Part shown: piece by piece, positions 1-11,418 of the stretch
Numbering within the stretch: position 1 is the stretch's first letter
Layout: each line of letters opens with the position of its first letter
Source: Mobula hypostoma
Lineage: Eukaryota
NCBI RefSeq assembly: GCF_963921235.1
Contig: NC_086109.1
Location: 17,858,001 to 17,922,000 of the forward strand
Reading direction: 5' to 3'
Length of the DNA: 64,000 nt
Position numbers and translations under genes: made by a program
The notes under the pieces: generated by a model
What the model was told of the DNA's origin: nothing
Seen by the model: the letters and a program-made list of their open reading frames with translations, nothing else
Database searches by the model: none

Positions 1-1042
1 CAGATGTGATAAAGATACCTGGATGGTATTTAGTCTCCCAAGTGCCAGGGTCAGAGATGTCTCTGATCAGGTCTACAGCATTCTAAAGGGAGAGGGTGAA
101 CAGCCAAAAGTCATAGTACGTATTGATACCAACAACATAGACAGGAAATGGATGGAGGTAATGAAGAGAGAATAAAGGGAGTTAGGTAGAAAGCTGAAAA
201 AGCAAGAACTCTGAGGTAGTAATCTCTGGGTTGCTGTCGGTGTCACTTGCCAGTGAGGGTAAGAGTAGGATAATTTGGCAGAGGAATGTATGGCTGAAGA
301 ACTGGTGCAGAGGGCATATTTCTGGATCATTGGCATTATTTCTGGGGAAGGTATGACCCATACAGAAAAGACAGGTTACACCTGAACCCCTAGGGGGATC
401 AATATCCTTGTGGACAGTTTTGCTCGAGATGTTGGGGGTTTAAACTAATTTGGAAGGTGGATGAGAACCAGAATGACAGGGCTGTGGGTGGGGCAGTTGG
501 TGTACAAGTAGATGGAGTGTGTAGTGAGAATTTGAGTAAGGACAGGCAGGTGAAAGAGCACAACTGCAGTCAGTGGGATGAGCTGAAGGGTGATGAATAC
601 AGGACTGAAGGTGTTACATTTGAATGTACACAATATATGGAATAAGGTAGATGATCTTGTAGCACAATTACAAAGTGGCAAGTATGACATTATGGACGTC
701 ACTGAGCTGTGGCTAAAAGAAGATCATAGTTAGGACCTTAAATCCAAGAAGACACCTTGTATTGAAAGGTCAGCAGGTAAGCAGAGGGGGTGGGGTGCCT
801 CTGTTTGTAAAAATGTGAAATCAGATCTTAGAATGAGATGACATAGGGTCCAAGAATGTAGAATCCTTGTGGGTAGAGTTAAGACATTACAAGGGTAAAA
901 AGTTCCTGATGGGACTATGCAGGCCTCTGAACAGTAGCCAGGATGTGGGATACAAATTACAATGGGAAAGAGAAAAGGAATGTAAAAAGGGTAATGTTAT
1001 GATAATCATGGGGTGGGGGAGATTTCAATATTTAGGTAGATT

Positions 1043-1267
1043 CTGGTTTAAGGTGGCGATTGTGAACCTCTGCAACTTCTGCCTGGTGGATAATGAAACA
1101 AGGAAGGCAACTAAATACTTTGTTAACCATACTTTTTCTGGCAAATGATGATCGCAAGTAATAGTCTACAACTTCCCTTTGGACTTGGAGGCAATTCAAT
1201 ATAGCAGACAAATCTCAAGGTTGTATAATGTATACATATTTTGAAAGTAACTGCACTTTGAACTTTG
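1043..1267 (+). mobile_element. Short non-autonomous retroelement nested in CR1
   Basis: Flanked by AGATT (1038-1042, 1268-1272), which restores the CR1 sequence; head CTGGTTTAAGGTGGCG, tail ACTTTGAACTTTG. Confidence 0.75.
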
Positions 1268-1461
1268 AGATTGGAAAAATCAGTTGGTGCTGGATCCCAA
1301 AAGAGGGAATTTGTAGAATGCCTTTCAGATGGCTTTTTAGAACAGCTTGTGGTTGAGCCCACTAGCAGAAAGCCAATTCTGGATTGGGTGTTGTGTAATG
1401 AACCAAATTTAATTAGGGAGCTTAAGGTAAAGGAACCCTTAGGAAGTAGTAATCATAATAT

Positions 1462-1591
1462 AAACATGAGAAAGTCTGCAGATGCTGGAAATCCAAAGTA
1501 ATACACACAAAATGCTGGAGGAACTCGGCAGGTCAGGCATCTATGGAAATGAACAGTCAACGTTTCAGGCCGAGTCCTTTCTTCAGGACTG
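1462..1591 (-). mobile_element. Penelope-like terminal repeat (pLTR) fragment nested in CR1
   Basis: Same sequence as the end of the GIY-YIG-encoding fragment at 51722-52333; TSD ATAATAT at 1455-1461 and 1592-1598. Confidence 0.85.
1555..1590 (-). ncRNA. Minimal type I hammerhead ribozyme motif (core intact, weak stem II)
   Basis: Minus strand AGUC-CUGAAGA-AAGGACUCGGCCU-GAA-ACGU-U-GACU. Confidence 0.65.
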
Positions 1592-2269
1592 ATAATATGA
1601 TAGATTTCCACCTTTCAGTTTGAGAGGGAAAAGATAAAGTTAAGTTGTATCAGTATTATAGTGAAGTAAAGAGAATTACAGAGCCATGAGAGAGGAGCTG
1701 GCCAGAGTTGATTGGAAGGGGACACTAGCAGGGATGATGGCAGAACAACAATGGCTGGATTACAAAGATGAAGAAATATTCTAAATAGAGGTTAAGGCAA
1801 TTGTGGCTGACAAGGGATGTCAAAGACAGCATAGAAGTAAAGGAGAAGGTATACAATATAGAAAAATTGAATAGGAGGTCAGATGATTGAGAAGCTTTTA
1901 AAAACCAACTGAAGGCAATTAAAGAAGCTAAAAGGGGAAAACAGATGAAATATGAAGGGAAGCTAGCCAATAATATACAAACGTAAAAGAGGATACCAAT
2001 AGATTTTTTTTCCAATATATAAAGAGTAAAAGCAAAGGGAGAATTGATAGCAGACTGCCTGAAAATGATGCCAGAGAGGTAGTAATGGGGGACAAAGAAA
2101 TGGTGGAGGAACTTAGTAAGTATTTGCCATCACTGTTCACAATGGAAGACACTAGCAATATGCCAGAAATTCAAAGTGTCAAGAGCCAGAAGTGCGTGTT
2201 GTTTCAATTACTCAGGAGAAGGTGCTTGGGAAGATGGAAGTTCTAAAGGTAGGTAAATCACCAGCACTA

Positions 2270-3086
2270 GCAAACAACACCACCAAAGGCAACATTGTCA
2301 GGATGGTTCAAAGAGCAACTCCTTTAATTTCTTTGACTTCTTTTACATCTTCATTTTAACTCAGATGTGGTTCTGCTACTGTTGGAGCCTGTTACCTACA
2401 TTCTGGCAAAGTGTTTTCAGGCTGATTGGGTAATCTGGCGCTTTGCCGTCTCGGAAAGGGTCCCACGAGGCCGTGAGCAAAGCGTGCATCATGGAGGCCA
2501 GGAAGTCATCTCTTGCCAATTAAAGCACCGAGAAAAATTGAAATAATTGAGGCGGTTGTGGAGGGCGAGTGAAAGTTCAGCACCATCTACCAGCTTCTCA
2601 CTCGCTGCTGGTGGAGGAAGGTATCTGCATCTGGTAGACTTCCTCTCCCTCTTGCTTGCTGCTCTTGAGGGAAGGTTCTTGGATTCAAATAATCATTACC
2701 TCTCTGTCTCCCCTGATTCTGTCAGAGGATGGAAGGTTTAACTGCTGCGGTTTGTAGATTTGGACTCTTATTATGACGTGTTGTGTTCCTGGTCGCCCCT
2801 TTTTTGTTGGGTGATTTTTGAATCGAGGGGGCCTGCAGATAATGAACACTGAGCTGAACTGAAATATGCCTTTTTGCTTTGTGTTTTGTGGTCTGTATTT
2901 CTCCCTTTTTTTTGTTATCGTTTGCGTGATTTTATTTGCACGTGTGGGGAAGCGGAAGGTTGATTTTTTCTTTGAATAGTTTGGTTTCATGGTTCTTTGT
3001 TGCATGGTTGTCTTTGGGGAGGACAAATTTCAGGGTTGTGTGCTGCATTTATACTTTCATGATAAATGCACTTTGAATCTTTGAAT
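2270..3086 (+). mobile_element. Non-autonomous retroelement nested in CR1
   Basis: Interrupts CR1 ORF2 between DKSP and VLKEVA. Its 3' half resembles 14150-14650 and ends in TAAATGCACTTTGAATCTTTGAA. Confidence 0.65.
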
Positions 3087-3089
3087 TTT

Positions 3090-3690
3090 CTAAATAAATA
3101 TATGTATACTATAAATAATCTTGAGATTTGTTTCCTTACAGGCAGCCACAAAACAAAGAACCCATTAAAAAAAGACCGTCAAACACCCAATGTGTAAAAT
3201 AAAAGAAAAAAATCAATGCAAACAATAAAAAGTAAGTAAATAATATTCACGAAAGTGAGTTCATAGCCACAAAGCCAGTCATCACTACAGCTGGTTCAGA
3301 GGCCTGTTAAGTCACAGTCTCAGTTCAGTCAGAGATGAGTAAACCTCACTGACCAGCGAGCTGAACATCAGCCCCTCCATCACCTCCCAGCCCAACACCC
3401 TGACTTTTTCAACCTGGCCCAATGCTTAAATCGGCCAAGTATTGGCTCTTGAGCCCGGGACCCACCACCTTCATTCGGCCAATACATGCAACGCTGCAAC
3501 CATCTTGCATCTTCGAGACTTCAGTTCGCACCGCAAAAATGCCAGGTCGTACTGGAGGTTCAACAGCTCAACTCCGAAAGCGAAGCTACGGGCCATTGAT
3601 AGCACTGTTCATTGTCCAGAAAAAGTGTGACTAACACAGTAGTAAGTAGATTCGCTTGCTGCCAGAATAGTGCCACTGTGTTTCACCAGT
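3090..3690 (-). mobile_element. Non-autonomous retroelement, tail-to-tail with the previous one
   Basis: Reverse-oriented tail (CTTGAGATTTGTTTCCTTACAGGC) related to the tails at 27040-27300 and 36030-36300; CR1 resumes at ~3697. Confidence 0.55.
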
Positions 3691-6093
3691 TTCAACTGGT
3701 TCTGAAAGAGGTAGCTAAAGAAATTATGAAGGCATTAGTAATGATATTTCAAGGATCACCAGATTCTTGAATGGTTCCAGAGGACCGGAAAATTGCAAAT
3801 GTCATTCCACTCTTTAAGAAAGAAGCAAGGCAGATGAAAGGAAATTATAGGCCAGTTAGTCGGACTTTGGTGGTTGAGAAGATGTTGGGATTTCGGGGTA
3901 TTTGGCCATGATAAAGTGGGCTGAAATCAGCATGGTCTCCTTAAGGGGAAATCTTGCCTGACTAATCTATTGGAATTCTTTGAGGATTTAACAGGCAGGA
4001 TAGACAAAGGAGAGTCAGAGGATGTTGTTTACTTGGATTTACAGAAGGCCATTGACATGGTGCTGCACATGAGGCTGCTTAACAAGATAAGAGCCCATGG
4101 TATGACAGGAAAGATACTAGCATGGATAGAAGGTTAGCTTACTGTCAGGAGGCAAAGAGAGGGAATAAAGAGGGCCTTTTCCAGTTGGTTTCCAGTGACT
4201 AGTGTGTTTCCACAGGGGTCAGTAATGAGACCACTTTCTTTTCATGTTATATGTGAATAATTTGGATGACAGAATTGATGGCTTTGTGGCCAAATTTGTG
4301 GATGATATGGAGATAGGTGGAGGGGCATGTAGTGTTGAGGAAGCAGGAAGGCTGCAGAAGTACTTAGATTCAGAGAATGGGCAAAGAAGTGGCAGGAGAA
4401 GTTGAAGTGCAGGGAAGTGTAGAAGGAATAAAGGCGTAGACTATGTAAGTGCAATGTTAGCTTTCATTTTGAGAGGACTGGAATACAAGAGCAAGGATGT
4501 AACATTGAGGTTTAAAAAGGAATTGGTCAGACTGCACTTGGAGTATTGTAAGCAGTTTCGTGCCCTTTTCTAAGAAAATATGTGCTGGCATTGGAGAGGG
4601 TCCAAAAGAGGTTCACAAGAATGATTCCAGGAATGAAAGAGTTGATGTATGAGGAGCATATGATGGCTCTGGGCTTGTACTTGCTGGAGTTTAGAAGAAT
4701 GAGGAGGGATCTCATTGTAGCTATTGAATATTGAAAGGTCTGCATAAAGTGGATGTGGAGAGAATGTTTCCTATAGTGGGGGAGACCAGGACCAGAGGGG
4801 ACAGCTTCTGACTGGCGTGTCCATTTAGAACAGAGATGAGGAGAAATTTCTTTTGCCAGAGGGTAGGGTAGTGGATCTGTGGATCATTGCTACAGGTGGC
4901 TGTGCAGGTAAGTCACTGAGTAAATTTAAAACTGAAGTTGGTAGTTTCTTGATTAGCCAGAGTGTCAAAGGTTACAGGGAGAAGGCAGGAGAATGGGATT
5001 GAGAGGGATAGTAAATGAGCTGCAATAGAGTGACAGAGTAGACTCGATGGGCCGAATGACCCCATTCTGATCCTATGTCTTATGGTCTTATTTCAGTTTA
5101 GGGGTAAGGTACTTTTATTCAGAGCAGGTTGTTTTGGCACCTTCAGTTGAGGGCTAATTCTTCACAGCTTATAATGTGCTTTCGCTGTGACTGCCTCCTC
5201 TCTGAGTTGTTGACCAGTTGTTATGGATGTGAAATTATCACATTAGAGCCATGGAGTTATGTCGCAGAGAAACAGGCCGTCCTGCCCAGCTTGTCCAAGC
5301 TGATCACATTGTCTACCTGAGATGTGAAAATATGACTGAATCGATGGTCAATACGTAAAGAAACATCAACCATACCTCCAGTAAGTCAAATGATTTTAAT
5401 GCGAAGACTTCTGCACTGACATCTGTGTTCTCATCGAAACAAACTTTACCAACATTGAGCCAATATTTTCTGTCTATCCAATGGGGCATCATGCTGGCCC
5501 TGCTTTCTAGGTGGATCACAACTAGAGAATCCGTGACAATGAAATATTGTCAAAATAATATATACTATTAGTGATGACAGAAGGATTAATATTAGCCAAT
5601 ACACCAGGGAGAATAACTCTCTTCTTTGAGGAATCATCTAATATTCATCTGACAGGACAGCTGGGTCCTGTACGAGCATCTCATTTGTAAAATGTCACCT
5701 TGGATTACACATCCCTGACTATTTCACTAGGTGTATAGTATCTGTCTAAAAGATGTGCGCATCCCCCAGAGATGGGCTTGGTTCCATGATCTTCAATGTC
5801 AAAGATGAGTGTTACGTTTGAGCTACCATTATAAAGAAGCATTTTATGAGACATTGCTGATTTATTGCAAAATAACTTCCCTGATTTCTTTCTTTGTTAC
5901 TGCATTTGCATCTCCTGAGTCATGTTACAATGGAATTGTTCATATTCATTGTAAGAATATTTTTGCACTTTTCTCAAATTAACCTGTGAAAATATTCTTA
6001 CTTTTGAATCTGTAGATATCTTTTTAAATGTCTTCACAGGAAGTATGGGATGCTGAAAAGCCAGTATTTAAAGTCCTAAGTAATAGTATTTAG

Positions 6094-6232
6094 AGTCCTG
6101 ATGAAGTGTCTTGGCCTGAAACATCAACTGTTCATTCCCCACCATAGGTGCTGCCTGACCTGCTGAGTTCTTCCAGTGTTTTCTGTGTGTTACTCTGTAT
6201 TTTCAGCATCTGAAGAATCTCTTGTGTTTATG
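6094..6232 (+). mobile_element. Penelope-like pLTR fragment with decayed hammerhead
   Basis: AGTCCTGATGAAGTGTCTTGGCCTGAAACATCAACT followed by the GCTGCCTGACCTGCTGAGTTC...CAGCATCTG terminal sequence. Confidence 0.8.
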
Positions 6233-6604
6233 TTAGGCTTGTATGTAATGTTCATCTTCCTGATTATCCTGAGAAAGCGGGTTGGCTTATATCCTTACAT
6301 CTTCTAATCTGGTGATATCTTTCAAAGGTTGTGGAAGACGTTTTGCAGAAGCTGCTCTGGTATTAAAACATAATATATTTAAGACTGGATGGTTTGTGCC
6401 TTAGGAGAACAGCTTGGTGAATTTTTGTAGTGTTCTGTGTCAATAATGCACATCACTACTGCAGTGTGTCAGATGTGATCACTATGGTGGACTGCAACCA
6501 AGTTACATGCACAGAAATGAAATGTATTTGACATGACTTAGAATGCAGGTTGTAGAACTTTAAGCCAACTGTATGGAAGCTGTTAGATTCATAGGCTGAA
6601 TCAA

Positions 6605-7482
6605 AGGGGTTGGTGAATCAGCATATAGGAGAGAGATCGAAAATATGGCTGAGTGGTGTTGTAACAACAACCTCTCATTCCAATGTCAGCAAGACCGAGG
6701 AACTGATTATAGACTCCAGGAGAAGAAAACCAGAGGTCCATGAGCTAGTCCTCATTGGAGGATTAGAGGTGGAGGGGGTCAGCAACTTTAAATTCCTCAG
6801 TGTTATTATTTCAGAGGACCTGTCTTGGGTCCAGCACGTAAGTGCAATTATGAAGAAAGCACAGAAGAGCCTTTACTTCCTTAGGAATTTGCAGAGATTT
6901 GGTGTGACACCTAAACTGACCAATTTCTATAGATGTGTAGGGAAGAGTATATTGTCTGGCTGCATCACAGCCTGGTATGCAAACACCAATGCCGTTGAAT
7001 GGAAAATCCTACAAACTAGTGGATCTCAGTCCATCACTGGTAAAGCTCTCCCAACCACTGAGCACATCTAAATGAAACACTGTTCCAGGAAAGCAGCATC
7101 CATCATCAGGGACCCCCACATGCTTTCTTCTCGCAGCTGCCATCAGGAAGAAGGTAAAAGAGCCTCAGGCCTCACATCACCAGGTTCAAGAACAGTTGCT
7201 ACTTATCAACTATAAGGCTCTTGAACCAAAGGGGATAACTTCACTCGCCCCATCAGTGAAATGTTCCCACAACCAATAGATTCGCTTTCAATGCTTATTT
7301 ATTAATATTATTTCTTCTTTTTGTATTTGCACAGTTTGTTGTTTTCTGGACTCTGGTTGAAGACCGTAGTCAGGCGACCTTTCATTGATTCTGTTATGGT
7401 TATTATTCTATAGATTTAATGAGTATGCCCACAGGAAAATGAATCTCGGCATTGTGTATGGTGACATATATCTAATTTGATA
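6605..7482 (+). mobile_element. Rex1/Babar-type LINE, 3' fragment (tail continues at 12428-12450 after the CR1 insertion)
   Basis: NVSKTEELIIDSRR, FKFLSVIISEDLSW, KKAQKSLYFLRNL, SILSGCITAWY (ORF 6610-7071). Confidence 0.88.
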
Positions 7483-8950
7483 TATCCTGATGGCCTAATC
7501 AGAGGCAGGAGCAGCGCACCGCGAGGAGGTTTCTCGTAGGTTGAGGGTGCTCGTTTAAAGGGAGAGCCTTACGGGCGTTTGGTGTCATTCTGGTCACCCA
7601 GTTAGTGGTGGGAGCAGCGCAGAGAGGAGTAAATGAAAGTACAGAAGGGGCAAGTGGAGCGGCCATTGTGGGGAGTGGGCCAGTAGTGAGTGTGGTAGTG
7701 TCAGGCTTTGGCTCAAAGGAGGCTTTGTCTTGGACGAGGCATTGGGTCTGGGTAAGTTGTCTGATTAAGTTTCCCTTTTTTTCCTACGGTGTCCGGGGTA
7801 CTTTGTGTAGTTTAAATAGCCGTTGTGTATTCTTCATGCCTGATGTTGGAATCTTGGGAGACCCAGTGTCTCCTAGGGTACTCCATCTGCCTGAAGTTCA
7901 TCTGGCTGCAGTTCCTTGAAGACGGCGTTAGGGATCTGGAGCAGTAGCTGGATGACCTTTGGCTTGTATGGGAGAATGAGGAGTGAATCGATCAGAGTTA
8001 CAGAGAAGTAGTCACCACTAAGTTGCAAGAGGCAAGTAGCTGGGTGACTGTCAGGAGAAGGAATGGTAAGGTGAATAGGCAATTAGCACTGAGAACCCCT
8101 GTGGCCATTCCCCTCAATAATAAGTATACCGTTTTGGGTACTGTTATGGGGGATGACCTTCTAGGGGAATGCCACGGAGGCCAGGTTACTGGTACTGATC
8201 ATGGGAATGCAGTTGTGCTGGGGGAAATAGTCAGAGGAACAGACAGGAGATTCTGTGGACATAAATGGGACATCTGACTGATATGTTGCCTCCCAGGTGC
8301 CAGGGTCAGGGACATCTCCGATCACATCTACAGCATTCTGGAGGGTAGGGAGAGCTGTCAGATGTCTTGTACATCAATGACATAGGAAGCAAGAGCAAAG
8401 AGGCCACGAAGAGAGAATTTAGAGGGCTAGGCAGAAAGCTGAGAAGCAGAACCTCCAGGGTAGTAATTTCTGGATTGTTATCTGTGCCATGAGCCAGCGA
8501 AGGTAGAAACAGGATGATTTGGCAGATAAATGCATGGCTGAGAAGCTGTTTCGGGGGCAGGGTTTCAGGTTTTTGGATCATTGGGATCCCTTCTGGGAGA
8601 GGTATGACCTTTACAAAAGGGATGGGTTGCACCTGAACCTGAGGGGGACCAATATTCACACAGGCAGGTCTGTTAGAGCTGTGGGGAGGGTTTAGTTTAA
8701 AAGGGGGATGGGAACTGGAGTAAAGGAACTCAGGATAGGATGGATGGTAAAAAATCAAAGATAGAATGGCAGGCAGATGATAGGACAAAATTGCAGCCAG
8801 TGGGATGAGTATCAGTGCCTTAGGGATACAGAATCAAAAAAGGTAGCAAATACAGCACTCAAAGTGTTATATCTCAATGCACGGAATATAAGAAATAAGG
8901 TGGATGATCTTTTTGCACTTTTGCAGATCGTTGGGTATAATGTTGTGGCC

Positions 8951-9578
8951 TCGGCGGGAGTTAGAAGATGGCAGTGCGCCGCGTGTGCACAGCTCTCCGG
9001 TGAAAATGATATCGTATCCATTAAATAGGGGCCGTGGACAATTCTGATTTGATGGAGAATGGACGGGAAAGCACAGAGGAACATTGGAGAAATTTCTGAA
9101 ACGCCGTTCGCTGCTATCGTTACTGTGTGGTCGTGAATCTTTTGGAGGGTAGGCCTCAAATCCCCGGACTTGCCTGCTTTTGGCGACTGAGAAGGAGGTC
9201 GAATAGTTCAGACAGAGATGGCGCTCAGTACTCGGTGTCGGAGAGCTGATCAGAGCTTGAAGTTTTTGGATGACTCAGAGTCGGATTGTGGTCGGGCATG
9301 GCAGGGAGAGTTTTTCTTCCTTTTCCCGTCTGCGTGAGGTGTGCAACATTTGAGAAACTTTGAACTTTACTGTGCTCATGGACTTCTTCATCAAGTTTGG
9401 TATTGTTACACTGTTCGTAACTATATGTTATAATTATGTGGTTTTGTCAGTTTTTTCAGTCTTGGTTTGTCTTGTGTTTTGTGGTATCACATCGGAAAAA
9501 ATAATGTATCATTTCTTAATGCATGTATTACTAAATGACAATAAAAGAGGACCACGTGTCTTCATAATCATAATCATA
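8951..9578 (+). mobile_element. ~630-bp non-autonomous retroelement (AAGATGGC head, 3' stem-loop, (TAATCA)n tail) nested in CR1 ORF2
   Basis: Splits the CR1 endonuclease motif VVA|ITESWL; homologous copy on the minus strand at 19801-20450. Confidence 0.85.
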
Positions 9579-11318
9579 ATCACTGAATCATGGCTGAAGG
9601 ATGGTGTAGTTGGGAGCTTAATGTCCAGGGTTACACATTGTATCGAAAGGATAGGAAGATAGTCGGGGGGGGGGGTGGCATGGCTCTGCTGGTAAAGAAT
9701 GGCGTCAAATCATTAGAAAGATGTGACATAGGATCGGAAAATCTTGAATCTTTGTGGGTTGAGTTAAGAATTTGCAAGGGTAAAAGGACCCTGATAGCAG
9801 ATATATACAGGCCTTCAAACAGTAGCTGGGATGTGGATTACGGATTAAAATGGAAAATAGAAAAGGCGTATCAAAAGGGCAATGTTATGATAGTCATGGG
9901 AGATTTTAACATGCGGGTAGATTGGGAAAATCAGGCTGGTAATGGATCTCAAGACAGTGAATTTATTGAATGCCTATGAGATAGCTTCTTAGAGCAGTTT
10001 GTTGTTGAGCCTACTACGGGATCAACTATACTGGATTGGAGTTGTGTAATGAAATGGAAGCAGTTAGGAAGCTTAAGGTAAACAAATCTTTAAGAGGCAG
10101 TGATCACAATATGATTGAGTTCAACTTGAAATTTGGTAGGAAAACGTAAAGTCTAATGTAGAAGTATTTCAGTGGAATAAAGAAAATTACAGTGGTATGA
10201 GAGAGGAATAGGCCAAAGTAAACTGGAAGGAGATGCTGGCAGGGATGACAACAGAGCAACAATGTCTTGAATTTCTGGGGAAAAAAAATGAGTAAGCTGC
10301 AGGATAGATGTATTCCATAAACAAAGAAAAACTCAAATGGCAAAATACTGTAATACAACTATGGCTGACAGGGGAAGTCAAAGGTAATGTGAAAGCAAAA
10401 GAGGGGACATGCAACAAAACAAAAATTAGCAGGAAGATGGAGGATTGGGAAGCTTCTAAAACCTACAGAAAGTAACAAAAAAGTCATTAAGAAGGAAAAG
10501 ATGAAATACGAAAGCAAGCTCGCAAACAATATCAAGGTGGATAGAAATGTTTTTCTCTGCTATAAAAAAGAGAGATAGTGGATATAGGACTGCTAGAAAA
10601 TGAGGGCAGAGAAATATTACTGTAGGACAAGGACATGGCAGATAAACTAAACGAGTATTTTGCATTAGTATTAACTGTGAAAGACACTAGTGGTGTGCCA
10701 GGTGTTGAAGGGTGTGAGGGAAGAGAAGTGAGTGCAGTTATTATTACAAGGGAGAAGGTGCTCAAAAAGCTGAAAGACCTAAAGGTATGTATGAACCAAA
10801 TGAACTGCACCCTAGGGTTCTGAAAGAAGTAGTGGTAGAGATTGCGGAGGCATTAGCAATAATCCTTCAAGAATCATTGGACTCTGGCATGGTTCCAGAG
10901 GACTAGAAAATTGCAAATGTCACTCCACTCTTTAAGAAAGAAGGGAGGCAGCAGAAAGGAAATTATAAATTAGTTAGCCTGACCTCAGTGGTTGGGAAGA
11001 TGTTGGAGTTAATTGTTAAGGATGAGGTTATGGAGTACTTGGTGGCTCAAGACAAGATAGGACAAAGTCAGCATGGTTTCCTTAAGGGAAAATCTTGCCT
11101 GACAAACCTATTGGAACTCTTTGAGGAGGTTACAAGTAGGGTAGGTAACAGGGATGTGATGGATGTTGTATATAGGGATTTGCAGAAGGCCTTTGACAAG
11201 GTGGCACACATGAGGCTGCTCACAAGTTAAGAACCCATGGAATTACAGGAAAGTTATTAGCATGGTTAGAGCATTGGCTGATTGGTAAGAGGCAGCAAAT
11301 GGAAATAAAAGGTTCCTT

Positions 11319-11418
11319 CAACGCACATCAAAGTTGCTGGTGAACGCAGCAGGCCAGGCAGCATCTGTAGGAAGAGGTGCAGTCGACGTTTCAGGCCGAG
11401 ACCCTTCGTCAGGACTAA
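11319..11418 (-). mobile_element. Young Penelope-like pLTR fragment nested in CR1
   Basis: Nearly identical to 51722-51821; interrupts the CR1 sequence KGS|FFGW. Confidence 0.9.
11381..11416 (-). ncRNA. Minimal type I hammerhead ribozyme motif (intact)
   Basis: Minus strand AGUC-CUGACGA-AGGGUCUCGGCCU-GAA-ACGU-C-GACU: full core, stem I AGUC/GACU, GUC cleavage triplet. Confidence 0.8.

Larger units (their letters stand above)
1..5090 (+). mobile_element. CR1-clade LINE, decayed, 5' part outside window (ORF1 SGNH-esterase C-terminus, ORF2 APE endonuclease + RT remnants, 3' UTR), interrupted by several insertions
   Basis: Frame from 2 reads VFSLPSARVRDVSDQVYSILKGEGEQPKVIVRIDTNNI, then YRKDRLHLN and FARDVGGLN* (CR1 ORF1 esterase). 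ORF2 remnants include LKVLHLN, LEQLVVEPT..ILDWVLCN and GKSCLTNLLEFFE. 3' end CCTATGTCTTATGGTCTTA at ~5072-5090. Many stops and frameshifts. Confidence 0.95.

Noticed and set aside
6030..6099. Acceptor-like TCTTCACAG followed by EVWDAEKPVFK
   Set aside because: No convincing donor, frame closes quickly, and the stretch includes a small duplication at a PLE junction.
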